Below, piece by piece: positions 30,069-42,978 of a stretch of 64,000 nt of DNA. The translations under genes were made by a program, and so were the position numbers. The notes under the pieces were generated by a model. The model was not told the DNA's origin. It made no database searches and saw nothing but the letters and a program-made list of their open reading frames with translations. Origin of the DNA: a bacterium (GTDB lineage Bacteria > Bacteroidota > Bacteroidia > Bacteroidales > Bacteroidaceae); NCBI GenBank assembly GCA_963644035.1, contig CAVIMN010000011.1, positions 22,387 through 86,386 on the forward strand. Reading direction: 5' to 3'. Every line of letters starts with the position of its first letter. Position 1 is the first letter of the stretch.

Positions 30069-32924
30069 TTATTTTATTACTACATTGACAATCTTCTTTG
30101 GTACGACGATAACCTTTATTACCTGTTTTCCTTCTAGGTATTTTTGGCTTTTCTCATCGTTCAATACAGCGTTCTTTACTGTTTCGTTGTCGGCATCAAC
30201 AGGGAAAGTCATTTGAAATCTTGCTTTTCCGTTGAATGAAACAGTTAGTTGCATATTATTTTCCACGAGATATTCCTCATTGCATACGGGCCACTGGGCA
30301 TCGCATACAGTTGTAGTATTGCCTAACTGATGCCATAACTCTTCGGCTATGTGGGGTGCGAAAGGTGCTAGCAGCACGATTAGTTGCTGAAGCAATTGCT
30401 TGTTGCTGCATTTTGTCTGTTGCAGTTCACCAACGCATATCATAAATGCCGAAACGCTAGTGTTATATGAGAAATGCTCTATATCGTGAGTTACTTTCTT
30501 TATCAGTTTGTGAACACTTTTCAGTTGTTCTGGTGTTGCCTCGTTGTCGTTTGGAAGGAATTGTCCGTTGCGGTCGTAGAAAAGAGCCCACAATTTTTTC
30601 AGGAAGCGGTGGCAACCATCGATACCATTAGTGTCCCAAGGCTTGCTTGCCTCTACCGGACCGAGGAACATTTCATAAAGACGGAGTGTGTCTGCGCCGT
30701 ATTTTTCGACAATCATGTCGGGGTTAACAACGTTGAACATCGATTTCGACATTTTTTCAACAGCCCATCCACAAACATATTTTCCGTCTTCCAACAGAAA
30801 TTCTGCGTTTGCGTATTCAGGACGCCACTGTCTGAAAGCTTCAACGTCAAGCACATCACCATGGACGATGTTTACATCTACATGTATAGGTGTAACTTCA
30901 TATTTGTCTTTTAGGTTGAGACTTACAAAAACTGGAGCCTTTGAGTGGTCATCAGAGTTTATTCTATAGACAAAATTTGAACGTCCCTGTATCATTCCCT
31001 GGTTAACGAGCTTTTGGAAAGGTTCTTCCATGCATGAATATCCGTAGTCATGCAGGAACTTGTTCCAGAAGCGTGAGTATATGAGGTGGCCTGTGGCATG
31101 TTCTGTTCCACCAACATATAAATCTACGTTCTTCCAATATTCGTCAATGTTCTTGTCTACAAGTGCCTCGTTGTTGTGGGCATCCATGTATCTAAGGTAG
31201 TATGCCGATGAGCCAGCGAAGCCCGGCATTGTGTTCAGCTCAAGCGGGAATATTTTTTTATTGTCAATGAGGCTCTTGTCTACCACCTCTTCCGTTTCCA
31301 CATTCCATGCCCATTTTTTAGCGTTACCCAATGGTGGTTCTCCTGTTTCAGTAGGTTTGTAGTGGTCAACCTCAGGCAGTTCTAGGGGAAGGCAGCTCTC
31401 TGGAAGCATGTAAGGCATGTCGTCCTTATAGTAAACAGGGAATGGCTCTCCCCAGTATCTCTGGCGTGAAAAAATGGCATCGCGGAGTCGGTAGTTTACC
31501 TTCACACGGCCTATGCCCTTTTCCGTAACGTATTTCTTTGTTGCCGCAATGGCTTCTTTTACAGAAAGTCCGTTCAAAGAGAAACCGTCGGTTGTTGTCT
31601 TGCCTTCAGCAGGTGAATTGCATACTGTTCCTTCTTTTGCATCAAAGCTCTCCTTGCTGACATCTGCACCCTCAATGAGTGGAATTATTGGTAGTTCGAA
31701 GTGCTTGGCAAAAGCGTAGTCGCGGCTATCGTGTGCAGGCACAGCCATGATGGCTCCTGTACCGTAGCCAGCAAGTACGTATTCAGAAATCCATACGGGG
31801 ATGTTGTCGCCCGTAAACGGATTTACTGCATATGATCCGCTGAAAACTCCTGTAACCTTGTGGTTAGCCATGCGGTCTAGTTCTGTGCGTTTCTTTACAT
31901 ATGCAAGATATTCGTCAACGGCAGCTTTTTGCTCAGGTGTGGTAAGTTTTTCCACAAGTTCGCTTTCTGGGGCAAGAACCATGAATGTTACACCGAATAT
32001 CGTATCGGCACGTGTCGTGAAAATGGTGAAATCGATGTCTTTGCCATAGACCTTGAACTGCATTTCTGTTCCTTCCGAACGGCCAATCCAGTTGCGTTGC
32101 GTCTCTTTCATACTATCTGTCCAGTCGACAGTTTCCAGTCCGTCAAGCAGTCTTTGTGCATATGCACTCACGCGCAGACACCATTGGCGCATTTTTTTCT
32201 GGACTACGGGATATCCGCCGCGCTCACTAACACCGTCAACAACCTCGTCGTTGGCAAGCACTGTGCCGAGTCCGGCACACCAGTTTACCATTGTCTCACC
32301 GATGTATGCGATGCGGTAGTTCATGAGGGTCTTCTGTTGCTGTTTCTCGTTCATGGCATTCCACTCTTCGGCAGTGAAAGAAAGTTCTTCCGACTTGGCA
32401 ATGTTTTCTGCAGCCTCAGAGCCTTTCTCCTGAAAAGCCTTAACGAGTTGTGATATTGGCTGGGCTTTTTGTAGAGAGTTGTCGTAATATGAATTAAACA
32501 TCTTTTGGAAAGCCCACTGTGTCCATTTGTAATATCCCGGATCGCATGTGCGCACTTCCCTATCCCAGTCAAACGAGAAACCTATTTTGTCAAGTTGCTC
32601 GCGATATCTCTTTATGTTTGTTTCTGTTGTTACGGCAGGATGTTGTCCTGTTTGTATGGCATATTGTTCAGCAGGCAGTCCGTATGCATCGTAACCCATA
32701 GGATTCAGAACGTTGAATCCGTTGAGACGCTTGTAGCGTGCATAAATGTCTGAGGCTATATATCCGAGTGGATGTCCCACATGAAGTCCTGCTCCAGAGG
32801 GATACGGAAACATGTTCAGTACGTAATATTTTTTCTTTTCAGTGTTGTTGCTCACTTTGTAGGTCTTTTCATCCACCCACTTGCGTTGCCATTTCTTTTC
32901 AATTTCGTTGAAGTTATACTCCAT
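30069..32924 (-). CDS. leuS: Leucine--tRNA ligase
   Basis: [14 protein letters not shown] (HIGH variant), KMSKS, and editing-domain FTTRADT. Confidence 0.97.
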   Translation of the reverse strand: MEYNFNEIEKKWQRKWVDEKTYKVSNNTEKKKYYVLNMFPYPSGAGLHVGHPLGYIASDIYARYKRLNGFNVLNPMGYDAYGLPAEQYAIQTGQHPAVTTETNIKRYREQLDKIGFSFDWDREVRTCDPGYYKWTQWAFQKMFNSYYDNSLQKAQPISQLVKAFQEKGSEAAENIAKSEELSFTAEEWNAMNEKQQQKTLMNYRIAYIGETMVNWCAGLGTVLANDEVVDGVSERGGYPVVQKKMRQWCLRVSAYAQRLLDGLETVDWTDSMKETQRNWIGRSEGTEMQFKVYGKDIDFTIFTTRADTIFGVTFMVLAPESELVEKLTTPEQKAAVDEYLAYVKKRTELDRMANHKVTGVFSGSYAVNPFTGDNIPVWISEYVLAGYGTGAIMAVPAHDSRDYAFAKHFELPIIPLIEGADVSKESFDAKEGTVCNSPAEGKTTTDGFSLNGLSVKEAIAATKKYVTEKGIGRVKVNYRLRDAIFSRQRYWGEPFPVYYKDDMPYMLPESCLPLELPEVDHYKPTETGEPPLGNAKKWAWNVETEEVVDKSLIDNKKIFPLELNTMPGFAGSSAYYLRYMDAHNNEALVDKNIDEYWKNVDLYVGGTEHATGHLIYSRFWNKFLHDYGYSCMEEPFQKLVNQGMIQGRSNFVYRINSDDHSKAPVFVSLNLKDKYEVTPIHVDVNIVHGDVLDVEAFRQWRPEYANAEFLLEDGKYVCGWAVEKMSKSMFNVVNPDMIVEKYGADTLRLYEMFLGPVEASKPWDTNGIDGCHRFLKKLWALFYDRNGQFLPNDNEATPEQLKSVHKLIKKVTHDIEHFSYNTSVSAFMICVGELQQTKCSNKQLLQQLIVLLAPFAPHIAEELWHQLGNTTTVCDAQWPVCNEEYLVENNMQLTVSFNGKARFQMTFPVDADNETVKNAVLNDEKSQKYLEGKQVIKVIVVPKKIVNVVIK

Positions 32925-33200
32925 TGTTGTATGATGTTTTGTTCTTTTTCTACCACTGTCGCACGACAGTATTTTTTACTGCCATCGGCACTTGTTTTAA
33001 GTATTTTGCGGGAAATCCGTAATTTCTGCAAAGATAATGTAATTTGCGCATACTTACAAGCAAGCAAATTTAAGACAGATAAAAAACTTTTTATCTATTT
33101 GTGTCGTAAAAAAGTGAAAAATAACATGTCTGTAGACAAAGTGTGAATAAAGTTCTTCTATTGATGTAATATTTTTTTGAAAAAAGCGTTATGAATATTG

Positions 33201-34673
33201 ATGGAAAACAACAACAGTTATTCGCATATTCTTAAGTATACAAGCCTCTTTGGAGGTGTTCAGGTGCTCAATATTCTTATGGGATTGTTGCGCAATAAAC
33301 TTGTTGCTGTTATACTTGGGCCTATGGGTATGGGACTGGTGGCACTTTTCTCTTCAACGATAAAACTTGTGGTTGACTCCACGAATTTTGGCCTTCATAT
33401 TAGTGCTGTGCGTCAGATGTCAAGTGCTTTCGACCGCGGCGACGATGCATTACTTCGACATGAGATACATGTGTTCCGCCATTGGATAATACTAACGGCT
33501 TTGCTCGGACTTGTGGTTTGCGCTGTGTTAAGTCCGCTTCTGAGTCGTTGGACATTTTCATTCGGCAATCATACTCTTCATTTCGTATTCCTTTCGCCTG
33601 TTGTAGCTCTTACCACACTTACAGTAGGCGAAACTGCCGTACTGAAGGCCACACGCCGGCTTAAGGAACTTGCAGTTAGCTCGCTATTTGGAGCGGTTGG
33701 CGTGCTAATCGTGTCTGTGCCAGTGTATATTGTTTATAATTATAAGGCTATTGTACCTTCTCTTATACTTATGGCATTAGTGCAGGCATTCGTAGTAATG
33801 CGTTTTTCGCTGAAGCATTACCCACTGGAACGAAAGTTCTGTATTTCGTATTTGCGGGAAGGTTATACGTTTATAAAGTTGGGTATTGCTTTTGTTGTGG
33901 CAGGTATGATGGGAAGTGGTGCGGAACTTGCCATAAGAGCTTTTCTTAGTCGTATATCAAATGTTGATACAGTAGGACTTTACAACGCCGTTTACGTTAT
34001 GATTGTAACTTATGCCGGACTTGTTTTCACTGCAATTGATACAGATTACTATCCTCGTTTGTCGGCCATACGCCGTCCCGGAAGACCTATGAACGAACTT
34101 GTGAACAGTCAGATAGAGGTGAGCTTGAACATCATGTCACCACTACTTGCATTGTTTATACTCTTTATGCCTATTCTTTTGCCTATGCTTTATAGCGGGA
34201 AATTTGCACCTGCGTTACCTATGCTTCAGGCTGCAGCAGTTTCCATGTACGCACGTGCAATTTTTCTACCGATAGAATATATATCACTCTCTCGTGGTGA
34301 TTCCTTTATGTTTCTTGTGATAGAGATATTCAGCGACGTACTTTTGGTGACGCTTGTAACGCTTGGTTTTATGTTTTATGGTCTGTTTGGCATGGGGATG
34401 GCTATAACTTTGGCTTACCTTCTTGAACTACTTTTTGTTTTTGCCATGGCGCGCTTGCGCTACATATATAAACCTTCTGCAGGGGTAATGCGTGCTATGG
34501 CAGTGCATTTCGGGTTAGGCTTACTTGTTTATGCCGCTACTTATATAGAAAACGGATTGTTTTATTGTTGTATAGGTGCTTTATTGGTTGCTCTTGACGC
34601 ATGGTATTCCATGCATGTAGTGAACAAGAACATTCCTTTAGTAGAAAAGATACGCAGCAAATTGCACCTTTAG
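33201..34673 (+). CDS. Polysaccharide/oligosaccharide flippase (Wzx-like)
   Basis: About 12-14 hydrophobic segments; LGPMGMG, VGLYNA and YYPRLS motifs. Confidence 0.82.
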   Translation: MENNNSYSHILKYTSLFGGVQVLNILMGLLRNKLVAVILGPMGMGLVALFSSTIKLVVDSTNFGLHISAVRQMSSAFDRGDDALLRHEIHVFRHWIILTALLGLVVCAVLSPLLSRWTFSFGNHTLHFVFLSPVVALTTLTVGETAVLKATRRLKELAVSSLFGAVGVLIVSVPVYIVYNYKAIVPSLILMALVQAFVVMRFSLKHYPLERKFCISYLREGYTFIKLGIAFVVAGMMGSGAELAIRAFLSRISNVDTVGLYNAVYVMIVTYAGLVFTAIDTDYYPRLSAIRRPGRPMNELVNSQIEVSLNIMSPLLALFILFMPILLPMLYSGKFAPALPMLQAAAVSMYARAIFLPIEYISLSRGDSFMFLVIEIFSDVLLVTLVTLGFMFYGLFGMGMAITLAYLLELLFVFAMARLRYIYKPSAGVMRAMAVHFGLGLLVYAATYIENGLFYCCIGALLVALDAWYSMHVVNKNIPLVEKIRSKLHL

Positions 34674-34676
34674 AAT

Positions 34677-35717
34677 TTATGTATGCCTTTTTAGAAATTT
34701 GTAAAACCTGTATGGAGCAGTCATGTTACGGCATGTTCCAAATAAAATATACCAAAGAAAAATCAACTTTTCAGCATTAGTAAGAGAGCGTAGCATGTCT
34801 GTGATATATCCTTTAAACTGGATATTTCTTTCAAAATGCTTGAAAAGGTTTTCTGCTTGTGCTTTCTCCTTGTCTGAAAGACTACTAGAATGTTTCAGTA
34901 ATTCTGCCGTCATGCTGGCATATACACGCATTATCCATGTTTTTCCCTTAAGTTCCTGTTTGTAGTTAAGGGGGTTATTAGTTCCTTTTGAGAAAGCTTT
35001 CTTGCAAGCGTTGTCTAAAATGACGGCAGTAGCAAGCCGCTCAAACCATCGCGGTGAGAATTTCTTTGTTATGGCTTCGGGATTTCCTTGATAATAATGG
35101 AATGTAGAACGGCAGAATCCCACTCTGTTTGCAGCAAGAAATTGTAGGCGAGTGTTAAGTTCGTCACTGTCAAAATGTGTAGTGTCTTGTTGCTCTTTTT
35201 CCATGAGCTGCCGGCGTATAAATGCGAAGCCGTTTATACTGAAATCTATGCTGCGGAAAAAAGCCTCTCTTCCAGAAAGAATGGTTGAATGGTTGCCGTT
35301 AGGAGGGTATGAACCATGTGTGGAACATTCTGTTCCATCGGCATATTCAAGCAGCATGTCTGGAATTATTATATCAAGACAATCTTTTTCCGCATGTTTC
35401 ATGGCCGTTTCAAAGAGCTTTTTGTCTATGCGGTCATCTTGCGACATATAGAAGCAGTATTCTCCTTCTGCCTTTGGTAGCATTATGCTGAGGTTGAGTG
35501 CTGTGCATCCATGTGCGTCATTCTTTTTGTGTATTAACGTTATCCGCTTGTCTGCGTAGGCCATGTTGCACAGCATGTCATAGCTATCGTCACTACTGCC
35601 GTCGTCAAGTACGACAAGTTGCCAGTCGCTCATCGACTGGTTTTTGATGGATGTTATGCTCCTCTCTAAGTATTTACTGCCATTAAAAACAGGCATCAAC
35701 ACTGAAATCTTAACCAT
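34677..35717 (-). CDS. Glycosyltransferase family 2
   Basis: Motifs ISVLMPVFNG, LDDGSSD and SQDD. Confidence 0.88.
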   Translation of the reverse strand: MVKISVLMPVFNGSKYLERSITSIKNQSMSDWQLVVLDDGSSDDSYDMLCNMAYADKRITLIHKKNDAHGCTALNLSIMLPKAEGEYCFYMSQDDRIDKKLFETAMKHAEKDCLDIIIPDMLLEYADGTECSTHGSYPPNGNHSTILSGREAFFRSIDFSINGFAFIRRQLMEKEQQDTTHFDSDELNTRLQFLAANRVGFCRSTFHYYQGNPEAITKKFSPRWFERLATAVILDNACKKAFSKGTNNPLNYKQELKGKTWIMRVYASMTAELLKHSSSLSDKEKAQAENLFKHFERNIQFKGYITDMLRSLTNAEKLIFLWYILFGTCRNMTAPYRFYKFLKRHT

Positions 35718-35766
35718 TAGAAATACTTTTCCTTAGCATTTTTGTTCTGTATATAGTGCAGCTTTT

Positions 35767-36294
35767 TCAGAATATTTGGTATTCCATGTCTACAACGTCA
35801 AGCCATTTGCCGAACTTGTAGCCTACTTTCTTGAAGTGTGACACCTTTTCGAAACCCATTTTCGAGTGGAAGGCTATGCTGGCTTTGTTTTCTTCTGTTA
35901 TACAGGCAATAAGGTTGCGCACCGACTTCATTTCGCGGCATCTCTGGAGAAGGCGGTTCATCATCATTGTTCCTGCTCCTCTGCCCTTGTGCTCGGGGTC
36001 AAGGTATATTGTTACTTCTAGAGTGTTGCTGTAGGCATGGCGTTCTTTCCACTGATGCACGCAACAATACCCCACTACCCTATTCTCTGCTTTCGTATCA
36101 ATGCATACGAAATACGGATATTCTGAGGCTATGGAAAGCATGCGCTGTGTCATTTGCGCAAGTGTGAGTGGTTCCGTTTCAAACGATGCGGTAGTTTCCG
36201 TAACGTAGTGGTTGTAAATATCCGTTATGGCCTGTGCGTCAGCATTTTCTACAGGGCGCAATATAAGGCTTTCTTTTCCATTTCCTTCTTTCAT
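35767..36294 (-). CDS. GNAT N-acetyltransferase (phosphinothricin acetyltransferase/YncA-like)
   Basis: Motifs IYNHYV..TASFE, KGRGAG, SIAFH..GF and GYKFGKWLD. Confidence 0.88.
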   Translation of the reverse strand: MKEGNGKESLILRPVENADAQAITDIYNHYVTETTASFETEPLTLAQMTQRMLSIASEYPYFVCIDTKAENRVVGYCCVHQWKERHAYSNTLEVTIYLDPEHKGRGAGTMMMNRLLQRCREMKSVRNLIACITEENKASIAFHSKMGFEKVSHFKKVGYKFGKWLDVVDMEYQIF

Positions 36295-36335
36295 GTGTTT
36301 GTGAATGTTACGTTTTTTTGCCGTTGGCGGAAGTA

Positions 36336-38957
36336 TTATCCCGTAACGATATTCTTTATATAGTTAAGTTTATTAAGTGCTTCCATTGGCGTGAGGTTGT
36401 TGATGTCAAGCCCTAAAATCTCATCGCGTACTTGGCATAGTACAGGGTCGTCGAGTTGAAAGAAGCTTAACTGTTCACCTCCTGTATTGGAATTCATGCG
36501 TTCAAGGGCTTTTCCTGCCTGCCCCACTCCACTATTGTCGGCTTCTAGCTGCTTTAGAATAACGTTAGCTCTGTTGATAATAGTCTTGGGCATTCCGGCA
36601 ATCTGTGCCACATGTATACCGAACGAATGTTCTGATCCTCCACGTACAAGCCGCCGTAGAAAGATAACCTTTCCGTTCATCTCCTTTACGCTGACGTTAT
36701 AATTCTTTATGCGGCTGAAGTTCTTCTCCATTTCATTAAGTTCATGATAGTGTGTGGCGAATAATGTGCGTGCAGCCGAACGTGGATGTTCGTGCAAATA
36801 TTCCACTATTGCCCATGCTATGGATATGCCGTCGTATGTACTTGTGCCACGCCCAAGTTCGTCGAAAAGCACTAGACTACGCGGAGTGGCATTGTTAAGG
36901 ATATTTGCTGCCTCCGTCATTTCAACCATGAAGGTTGATTCGCCCATAGATATATTGTCGCTAGCTCCCACACGGGTGAATATTTTGTCAACTATGCCTA
37001 TCTTTGCGCTTTCTGCAGGTACATAGCATCCAATCTGCGCCATAAGGGTTATAAGTGCAGTTTGGCGGAGAAGAGCCGACTTTCCCGCCATATTTGGTCC
37101 TGTTATTATCATTATCTGCTGTTTGGCGGAGTCTAAATATATATCGTTCGGCACGTAGCTCTCCCCTACTGGCAGTTGTGTTTCTATAACAGGATGCCTT
37201 CCCTGTTTTATATCTATAACTATTTCGTCCTGAACAACTTGTGGACGTACGTAGCGGTGCTCTTCAGCAGTCTTTGCAAACGACAACAAACAGTCAAGCT
37301 GGGCAATGACATGCGCATTAGTCTGTATTGTGTGTATGAAATGCTGCGTGTTCTGCACAAGGTCCTGAAAAAGTTTTGCCTCAAGCACTAAGATCTTATC
37401 TTCTGCCCCAAGAATCTGCTCCTCATATTGTTTCAGTTCTTCAGTTATATAGCGTTCCGCTTGTGCCAATGTTTGTTTCCTTATCCATGTTGCAGGCACT
37501 TTGTCCTTATACATATTCCTCACTTCGAGGTAATATCCGAAAACATTGTTGTAGCCAATCTTCAGACTTGCTATTCCTGTTTCTTCGGTTTCTCGCTCCT
37601 GAAGCTTCAGAAGATAGTCTTTGCCGTTGTAGGAAATGTCGCGCAGACGATCCAGTTCTTCGTCTACTCCTGTACGTATGACATGCCCTTTGTTAACCAT
37701 TTGTGGCGGGTCTGGCTCAATGTCATGTTCTATTCTCCCGGTAAGCTCCGCACAAGCATCTATTTTCTGAGCCATCATTGCAAGTGTTTGATTTTCAGAA
37801 GCTGCACATGCCTCCTTTATCGGTTGCATACACATAAGAGCGTTCTTCAACTGTACCATTTCTCGTGGGGAAACCCTACCCGTTGCCACCTTTGCCGCTA
37901 TGCGCTCCAGGTCTCCCACTCCACATATATTCTCGTCTATTGTCTGTCGGAATTCTGTGTCTTTGAAAAATTGCTCAACCACATCAAGGCGCTTTTCTAT
38001 TTCCTTGGCATTACATAGCGGAAAGCGTACCCAACGCCCCAGCATGCGTGCTCCCATTGGGGAAGCCGTGCGGTCTATAACGTTAAATAGCGAACTTCCT
38101 CCCTCCTGCATTGGCTGTGTCAGCTCTAGCGAGCGGATGGTGAAGTTATCAAGTCTTACATACCGTTCCTCGTCAATACGTGCAATGGAAGTAATGTGTC
38201 CAATCTGTGTATGTTGCGTTATTTCAAGATATTGTAGCACAGCACCACTTGCCACGATACCATTTTTTAGATGGTCTATGCCAAAGCCTTTCAAACTCTT
38301 TACGTTGAAGTGCTTATGCAACTTTTGACGGGCTGTCTGCTCGTTGAACACCCATTCGTCAAGTTCGAAAGTGAAATGTTTTGTACCGAAGAAACGTTCG
38401 AAATCAGCCTTTTTTCCACGTTCAAACAAAATCTCTTTAGGTTGGAAATTGGCTATAAGTTTCTGTATGTAGTCATATGGTCCTTCGGTGGTAAGGAATT
38501 CTCCCGTAGAAATATCAAGGAAAGATACACCACATGAAGCCTTCCCGAAGTGTATTGCTGCAAGAAAGTTGTTCTCTTTGTAGTTCAGAACATTGTCAGT
38601 GAGAGCAACACCCGGTGTTACAAGTTCTGTTATTCCTCTCTTAACTAGTTTCTTCGTGAGTTTAGGGTCTTCCAATTGGTCGCAAATGGCAACTCGTCTG
38701 CCAGCGTGTATAAGCTTTGGCAGATAAGTGTCAAGGGCATGGTGTGGAAATCCCGCCATTTCCGTTGAGGGTTTCGTGCCGGAGTTGTTTCGTTTCGTGA
38801 GCGTTATTCCCAGTATTCTACTGGCATCCACGGCATCATCGCAGTATGTTTCGTAGAAGTCTCCGCAACGGAAGAGCAGCAACGCATCGGGGTGTTTTGC
38901 CTTCAGCGAGAAGAACTGCTGCATCATCGGTGTGAGTCCCTTTTCTTTTTGAGCCAT
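36336..38957 (-). CDS. mutS: DNA mismatch repair protein MutS
   Basis: Motifs [25 protein letters not shown] and FATHYHEL. Confidence 0.97.
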   Translation of the reverse strand: MAQKEKGLTPMMQQFFSLKAKHPDALLLFRCGDFYETYCDDAVDASRILGITLTKRNNSGTKPSTEMAGFPHHALDTYLPKLIHAGRRVAICDQLEDPKLTKKLVKRGITELVTPGVALTDNVLNYKENNFLAAIHFGKASCGVSFLDISTGEFLTTEGPYDYIQKLIANFQPKEILFERGKKADFERFFGTKHFTFELDEWVFNEQTARQKLHKHFNVKSLKGFGIDHLKNGIVASGAVLQYLEITQHTQIGHITSIARIDEERYVRLDNFTIRSLELTQPMQEGGSSLFNVIDRTASPMGARMLGRWVRFPLCNAKEIEKRLDVVEQFFKDTEFRQTIDENICGVGDLERIAAKVATGRVSPREMVQLKNALMCMQPIKEACAASENQTLAMMAQKIDACAELTGRIEHDIEPDPPQMVNKGHVIRTGVDEELDRLRDISYNGKDYLLKLQERETEETGIASLKIGYNNVFGYYLEVRNMYKDKVPATWIRKQTLAQAERYITEELKQYEEQILGAEDKILVLEAKLFQDLVQNTQHFIHTIQTNAHVIAQLDCLLSFAKTAEEHRYVRPQVVQDEIVIDIKQGRHPVIETQLPVGESYVPNDIYLDSAKQQIMIITGPNMAGKSALLRQTALITLMAQIGCYVPAESAKIGIVDKIFTRVGASDNISMGESTFMVEMTEAANILNNATPRSLVLFDELGRGTSTYDGISIAWAIVEYLHEHPRSAARTLFATHYHELNEMEKNFSRIKNYNVSVKEMNGKVIFLRRLVRGGSEHSFGIHVAQIAGMPKTIINRANVILKQLEADNSGVGQAGKALERMNSNTGGEQLSFFQLDDPVLCQVRDEILGLDINNLTPMEALNKLNYIKNIVTG

Positions 38958-38971
38958 ATATGATTTTGTGG

Positions 38972-39838
38972 TTATTTTCCTTCAACCATTTTCAGCACGG
39001 TCTGCGTCAAATAGGGGCGAATTTTGCTGTATGGTATTGTGAAGCCTGGCATTCCGGCAGCATAGCAAACAAGTTCATATTGCTGGTAGATGAATGTCAC
39101 ACCCTTGTCTGTTAGATAGGGTGGGGTGACGGGCAATGGTAGTGCTTCTATAGCTGCACCTGTTATTATCTGTTCTTGCAGCTCTTCATCGTTCATCGTC
39201 TTTCCTGTCATCTCGGTGAAATACTGTCTGAAACCTTCTTTCAGAATGTTGCAGAACCCCTCGGAACTAGTGTTGCGCAACATGTCCGAACCGAAGCGAC
39301 GACCATCGCTCTTGCGGAACGTAGTGGCAATAGAGGTCGTGCCACCGTGTGCTCCGCCTGTCATGACGTAGTTCTGACTGCTGAATGTCACAAATGTATT
39401 TGTTTCGTATATTTTATTCACATAAAAGTCTCTCTCATAGAAGGCATCTGCATTGTCTTCATTTTCAATGCGCTCTTTGTTTAGATTGTTGAAAGCCTGC
39501 TTGCCGTAGTATTTTACCATGGCTTTCACATCGTTAACATCACCTTTGTAAGTGCCGCCGAGCTGTTCGCTTATATATTCGCAAAGGATGTTTTTTAGTG
39601 CATCGCTACCCGAAGTAGGGTATTCAACCTTTACGTCCACGCGTGTTCTTTTTCCATCTTGGTTGAATGTGACAGAGTCTGTGGACAGGCGTTCAATGCT
39701 TTCGCTTTTCTCATCAACGGCTTCTGTTGTATCAACAGAATCAACACCATTGTTTTGCGTATTGTTTGTTGTGGCTTTGTTTCCGCAAGAGAGCGTTAGT
39801 GTGGCCGCAATAAATGCTGATAAAAGAATCTTTTTCAT
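38972..39838 (-). CDS. Lipoprotein, DUF3298/RsiV-like
   Basis: Lipobox LSC, TGGAHG and [12 protein letters not shown] motifs. Confidence 0.75.
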   Translation of the reverse strand: MKKILLSAFIAATLTLSCGNKATTNNTQNNGVDSVDTTEAVDEKSESIERLSTDSVTFNQDGKRTRVDVKVEYPTSGSDALKNILCEYISEQLGGTYKGDVNDVKAMVKYYGKQAFNNLNKERIENEDNADAFYERDFYVNKIYETNTFVTFSSQNYVMTGGAHGGTTSIATTFRKSDGRRFGSDMLRNTSSEGFCNILKEGFRQYFTEMTGKTMNDEELQEQIITGAAIEALPLPVTPPYLTDKGVTFIYQQYELVCYAAGMPGFTIPYSKIRPYLTQTVLKMVEGK

Positions 39839-39845
39839 GCTTATT

Positions 39846-40706
39846 TTACTTTTGATTGGTTGTCTTATTCTTGTTCTTTCTTAGCATATTCTTGTTCTTT
39901 CTTAGCATACAATAAAGTCCGAGTGCAATGAAGGGGATAGAGAGTAATTGCCCCATATCAAGCGGCAATGACGCTTCAAAGGCTTCCTGCACTTCCTTTG
40001 TGTATTCTATGAAGAATCGTGCGGTAAAAATATATGTCAGGCACAGTCCGAAATAGAAGCCCGTGCCAACCTTTTCGGGATGGCGGCGGTATACAGCCAA
40101 GCCGATGAAAAGTAGTATGAAGTAGGCCAATGCTTCATAGAGTTGTCCGGGGTGGCGGGGTAGGGAATCCACTTGTTGGAAGACAAATGCCCACGGCACA
40201 TCCGTTACTTTGCCAATTATCTCTGAGTTCATAAGGTTTCCGAGCCTTATGAAGCATGCGGTTACTGGCGTGGCTATGGCTATATTGTCGAGTACTGTTA
40301 GAAAACTTATTTTAGTGCGCTTGACATAGAGCCAAAGGGCCAGCATAAGTCCAATCGTACCACCATGGCTAGCTAGTCCGGCATAGCCTGTAAAGTGCCA
40401 TCCGCCGTTTTCCATGAAGCGTATGGGCAGAAACATTTCCACGATGTGCGTCCCTGATGAGAGAAAATAACTAGGTTCGTAGAACAGACAATGACCTAGT
40501 CGTGCCCCAGCCAATATGCCTACGAAACAGTAAATGAAGAGAGGCTCGAAGAGCGTCTCGCTGATTTTCTGTCGTTTATACAGATTTTTGACTATAAAGT
40601 ATGCTGCCAGCAATCCTATGAGCCAGCATAGGGCATACCACCGCATGGAAAGGCTTCCAATTTGGAATGCCACAATTTCAGGATTCCAGTTGATGAATAG
40701 CGTCAT
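39846..40706 (-). CDS. lgt: Prolipoprotein diacylglyceryl transferase
   Basis: Motifs [31 protein letters not shown] and MGQLLS. Confidence 0.95.
   Translation of the reverse strand: MTLFINWNPEIVAFQIGSLSMRWYALCWLIGLLAAYFIVKNLYKRQKISETLFEPLFIYCFVGILAGARLGHCLFYEPSYFLSSGTHIVEMFLPIRFMENGGWHFTGYAGLASHGGTIGLMLALWLYVKRTKISFLTVLDNIAIATPVTACFIRLGNLMNSEIIGKVTDVPWAFVFQQVDSLPRHPGQLYEALAYFILLFIGLAVYRRHPEKVGTGFYFGLCLTYIFTARFFIEYTKEVQEAFEASLPLDMGQLLSIPFIALGLYCMLRKNKNMLRKNKNKTTNQK
39866..39909. repeat. Exact 21-bp tandem duplication in the lgt 3' end
   Basis: TATTCTTGTTCTTTCTTAGCA twice, giving MLRKNKN twice in the protein. Confidence 0.9.
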
Positions 40707-40720
40707 GGAGTAGGGGAGTG

Positions 40721-41821
40721 TTATACGTTAAACCTAAAGTGCATAATGTCGCCGTCTTGCACTACGTATTCCTTTCCTTCTATGCCTAGCTTTCCCGCCT
40801 CACGCACAGCGGCTTCAGAGCCGTACTGTATGTAGTCGGCATACTTTATAACCTCAGCGCGGATGAAGCCTTTTTCGAAATCTGTGTGTATGACGCCAGC
40901 ACATTGTGGAGCTTTCCAACCTTTATGGTATGTCCATGCTTTCACTTCCATTTCGCCTGCCGTAATGAACGTTTCGAGGTTGAGCAGCGAATAGGCTTTC
41001 TTGATAAGACGGTTCACGCCACTTTCTTCAAGTCCCAGCTCGTCAAGGAACATCTGCTTGTCTTCATATGTTTCAAGGCTCGCGATGTCTTCTTCCGTTT
41101 TGCCCGCTATAATGAGAGTTTCTGCGCCTTCTTCCTTGGCAATGGTTTCTATGCGTGCGGAGTAGGCATTACCAGTCTTGGCACTAGCCTCGTCTACGTT
41201 GCAAACGTAGAGCACGGGCTTGGCTGTCAGAAGGAATAGGTTGCGTGCAGCTTCCTGCTCCTCCTTTGAATCGAATTCCACAGAACGTGCATTTTTCCCC
41301 TGTTCCAATACTTCCTTATAGCGTTCCAACACACTAACTTCCGTCTTGGCATCCTTGTTGCCGGCAGCTGCCACCTTTTGTTGCTTGCCAAGGCGACTCT
41401 CTATGGTTTCAAGATCTTTCAATTGTAGTTCCGTGTCTATTATTTCCTTGTCGCGCACGGGGTCAATCGTTCCGTCAACGTGTGTTATGTTGTCATCGTC
41501 AAAACATCTTAGCACATGTATGATTGCGTCTGTCTCGCGGATATTGCCCAAAAACTTGTTTCCGAGGCCTTCACCTTTAGAAGCACCCTTAACAAGTCCG
41601 GCAATGTCTACTATTTCACATGTTGCAGGCACGATGCGTCCAGGATGTACTATCTCTGCCAATTTTGTAAGTCTCTCATCAGGAACGGTTATTACGCCCA
41701 CGTTTGGTTCAATTGTGCAGAACGGGAAATTCGCTGCCTGCGCCTTTGCGCTTGAAAGGCAGTTGAAAAGTGTGGACTTTCCAACGTTCGGAAGTCCTAC
41801 TATACCACATTTTAGTGCCAT
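40721..41821 (-). CDS. ychF: Redox-regulated ATPase YchF
   Basis: Motifs [28 protein letters not shown] and [13 protein letters not shown]. Confidence 0.96.
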   Translation of the reverse strand: MALKCGIVGLPNVGKSTLFNCLSSAKAQAANFPFCTIEPNVGVITVPDERLTKLAEIVHPGRIVPATCEIVDIAGLVKGASKGEGLGNKFLGNIRETDAIIHVLRCFDDDNITHVDGTIDPVRDKEIIDTELQLKDLETIESRLGKQQKVAAAGNKDAKTEVSVLERYKEVLEQGKNARSVEFDSKEEQEAARNLFLLTAKPVLYVCNVDEASAKTGNAYSARIETIAKEEGAETLIIAGKTEEDIASLETYEDKQMFLDELGLEESGVNRLIKKAYSLLNLETFITAGEMEVKAWTYHKGWKAPQCAGVIHTDFEKGFIRAEVIKYADYIQYGSEAAVREAGKLGIEGKEYVVQDGDIMHFRFNV

Positions 41822-42220
41822 TTTTATATTTTGTTTTTGTTTTCTTATTTATTTTAGCCCATTTTCTGTATCTTTAAGATGTGTCAGAACAGACTTTTTC
41901 AGTTTGCGAATTTACTACATTATTTTAAAAAAATATAGCTTTTCTTCCGATATTTACTGAACAACCTAAGAACATAGCTCTTGATAAAACACTATCGAGG
42001 CTAGTCTATAAACTGCGGAGTTGATATAACAACGCTTTTTCTTCCCAAACAGAGTGAAAGAAACAATTTACTTTTCTTTAATCAAGGTGTTTTTTTGTTC
42101 TTTTGCAGTGTTCTTATGGTTTGATATTAATATTATATAAGGTGTAAATACTAGAAATGTGCGTTTTTCAGTAAGGAAAGAAATAATTTTCTCTTTTTTA
42201 GAAAAAAAATGTCTGAAAAG

Positions 42221-42251
42221 TTTGTTGTTAAAGATTTATAGACTATCTTTG
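42221..42251 (+). promoter_or_regulatory. Bacteroidetes sigma-A promoter, cassette 1
   Basis: TTTG-N19-TATCTTTG. Confidence 0.75.
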
Positions 42252-42302
42252 CAGCAGTTAAGAACAAAAACAATAAAATATAAATTTAAAACTAAAGCTA
42301 TT

Positions 42303-42668
42303 ATGAAAAAGTTCAATAAAACTCTTGCCATCGCATTTTTTGCAGTAGTATCAGCATTCTCTTTCCAGAGTGCAAGTGCAGCAACCTCTGCTGAAATGGA
42401 TTCCGATCCCGAAGCATGCATCCTTTTAGCAAGCGAGACAAACAACGAAGTGTCTTTTGCAAATTATATTGGTGAAGAATGGAGTGGGGTAGATATGCTA
42501 ATTGCAGACAATCCCAAAAGAGTGTCCATCGTTCTTTTTGGTACAGATATGTATAACAAAAAACATGCGGGTACACTAACCGAAACTTTGCGGGAATTTT
42601 ATATAAACATGCTCAGTGCGTTAGGATGCCCAGATTTGGTGACATATCTTTTGCTTACTGCATCATAA
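42303..42668 (+). CDS. Small secreted hypothetical protein, copy 1 (121 aa)
   Basis: Sec signal MKKFNKTLAIAFFAVVSAFSFQSASA; own promoter and terminator; paralog at 43215. Confidence 0.8.
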   Translation: MKKFNKTLAIAFFAVVSAFSFQSASAATSAEMDSDPEACILLASETNNEVSFANYIGEEWSGVDMLIADNPKRVSIVLFGTDMYNKKHAGTLTETLREFYINMLSALGCPDLVTYLLLTAS

Positions 42669-42743
42669 ATCGTGACACAAAGTAGTGGAGTTAGCAGCGA
42701 AAAGTTAATTGCATAATTCCCTCATTAACGATAATTACTTTGG

Positions 42744-42790
42744 GGTGGGAAACTCGTAGCAACGAAGGTTTTGCGAGTTTCCCACCTTTT
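42744..42790 (+). terminator. Intrinsic terminator, cassette 1
   Basis: GGTGGGAAACTCGTA...TGCGAGTTTCCCACC followed by TTTT. Confidence 0.8.
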
Positions 42791-42944
42791 AACTAGTATA
42801 TTCCAAATATGCAGCCACTTCGCGTTGCAGTATTTCCTGTTCATCTCTGAGAGACCTAAACTTGTTTCCTAATAGCATATATATATGTTGTGAGACGTTT
42901 AAGGTTATTTCTCGGCATAAAAATAATTATCTTCTGCAAAGATA

Positions 42945-42978
42945 GCCGTTTTCTTGCCGATATCGGCAAGAAAACGGC
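42945..42978. repeat. Perfect 34-bp palindrome
   Basis: GCCGTTTTCTTGCCGAT|ATCGGCAAGAAAACGGC with no loop. Confidence 0.95.

Noticed and set aside
42159..42302. N-terminal extension of cassette gene 1 (169-aa ORF), and the antisense ORFs at 42236-42445 and 43169-43441
   Set aside because: The extension runs through the promoter and is not shared with copy 2; the antisense ORFs are shadows of the duplicated gene.
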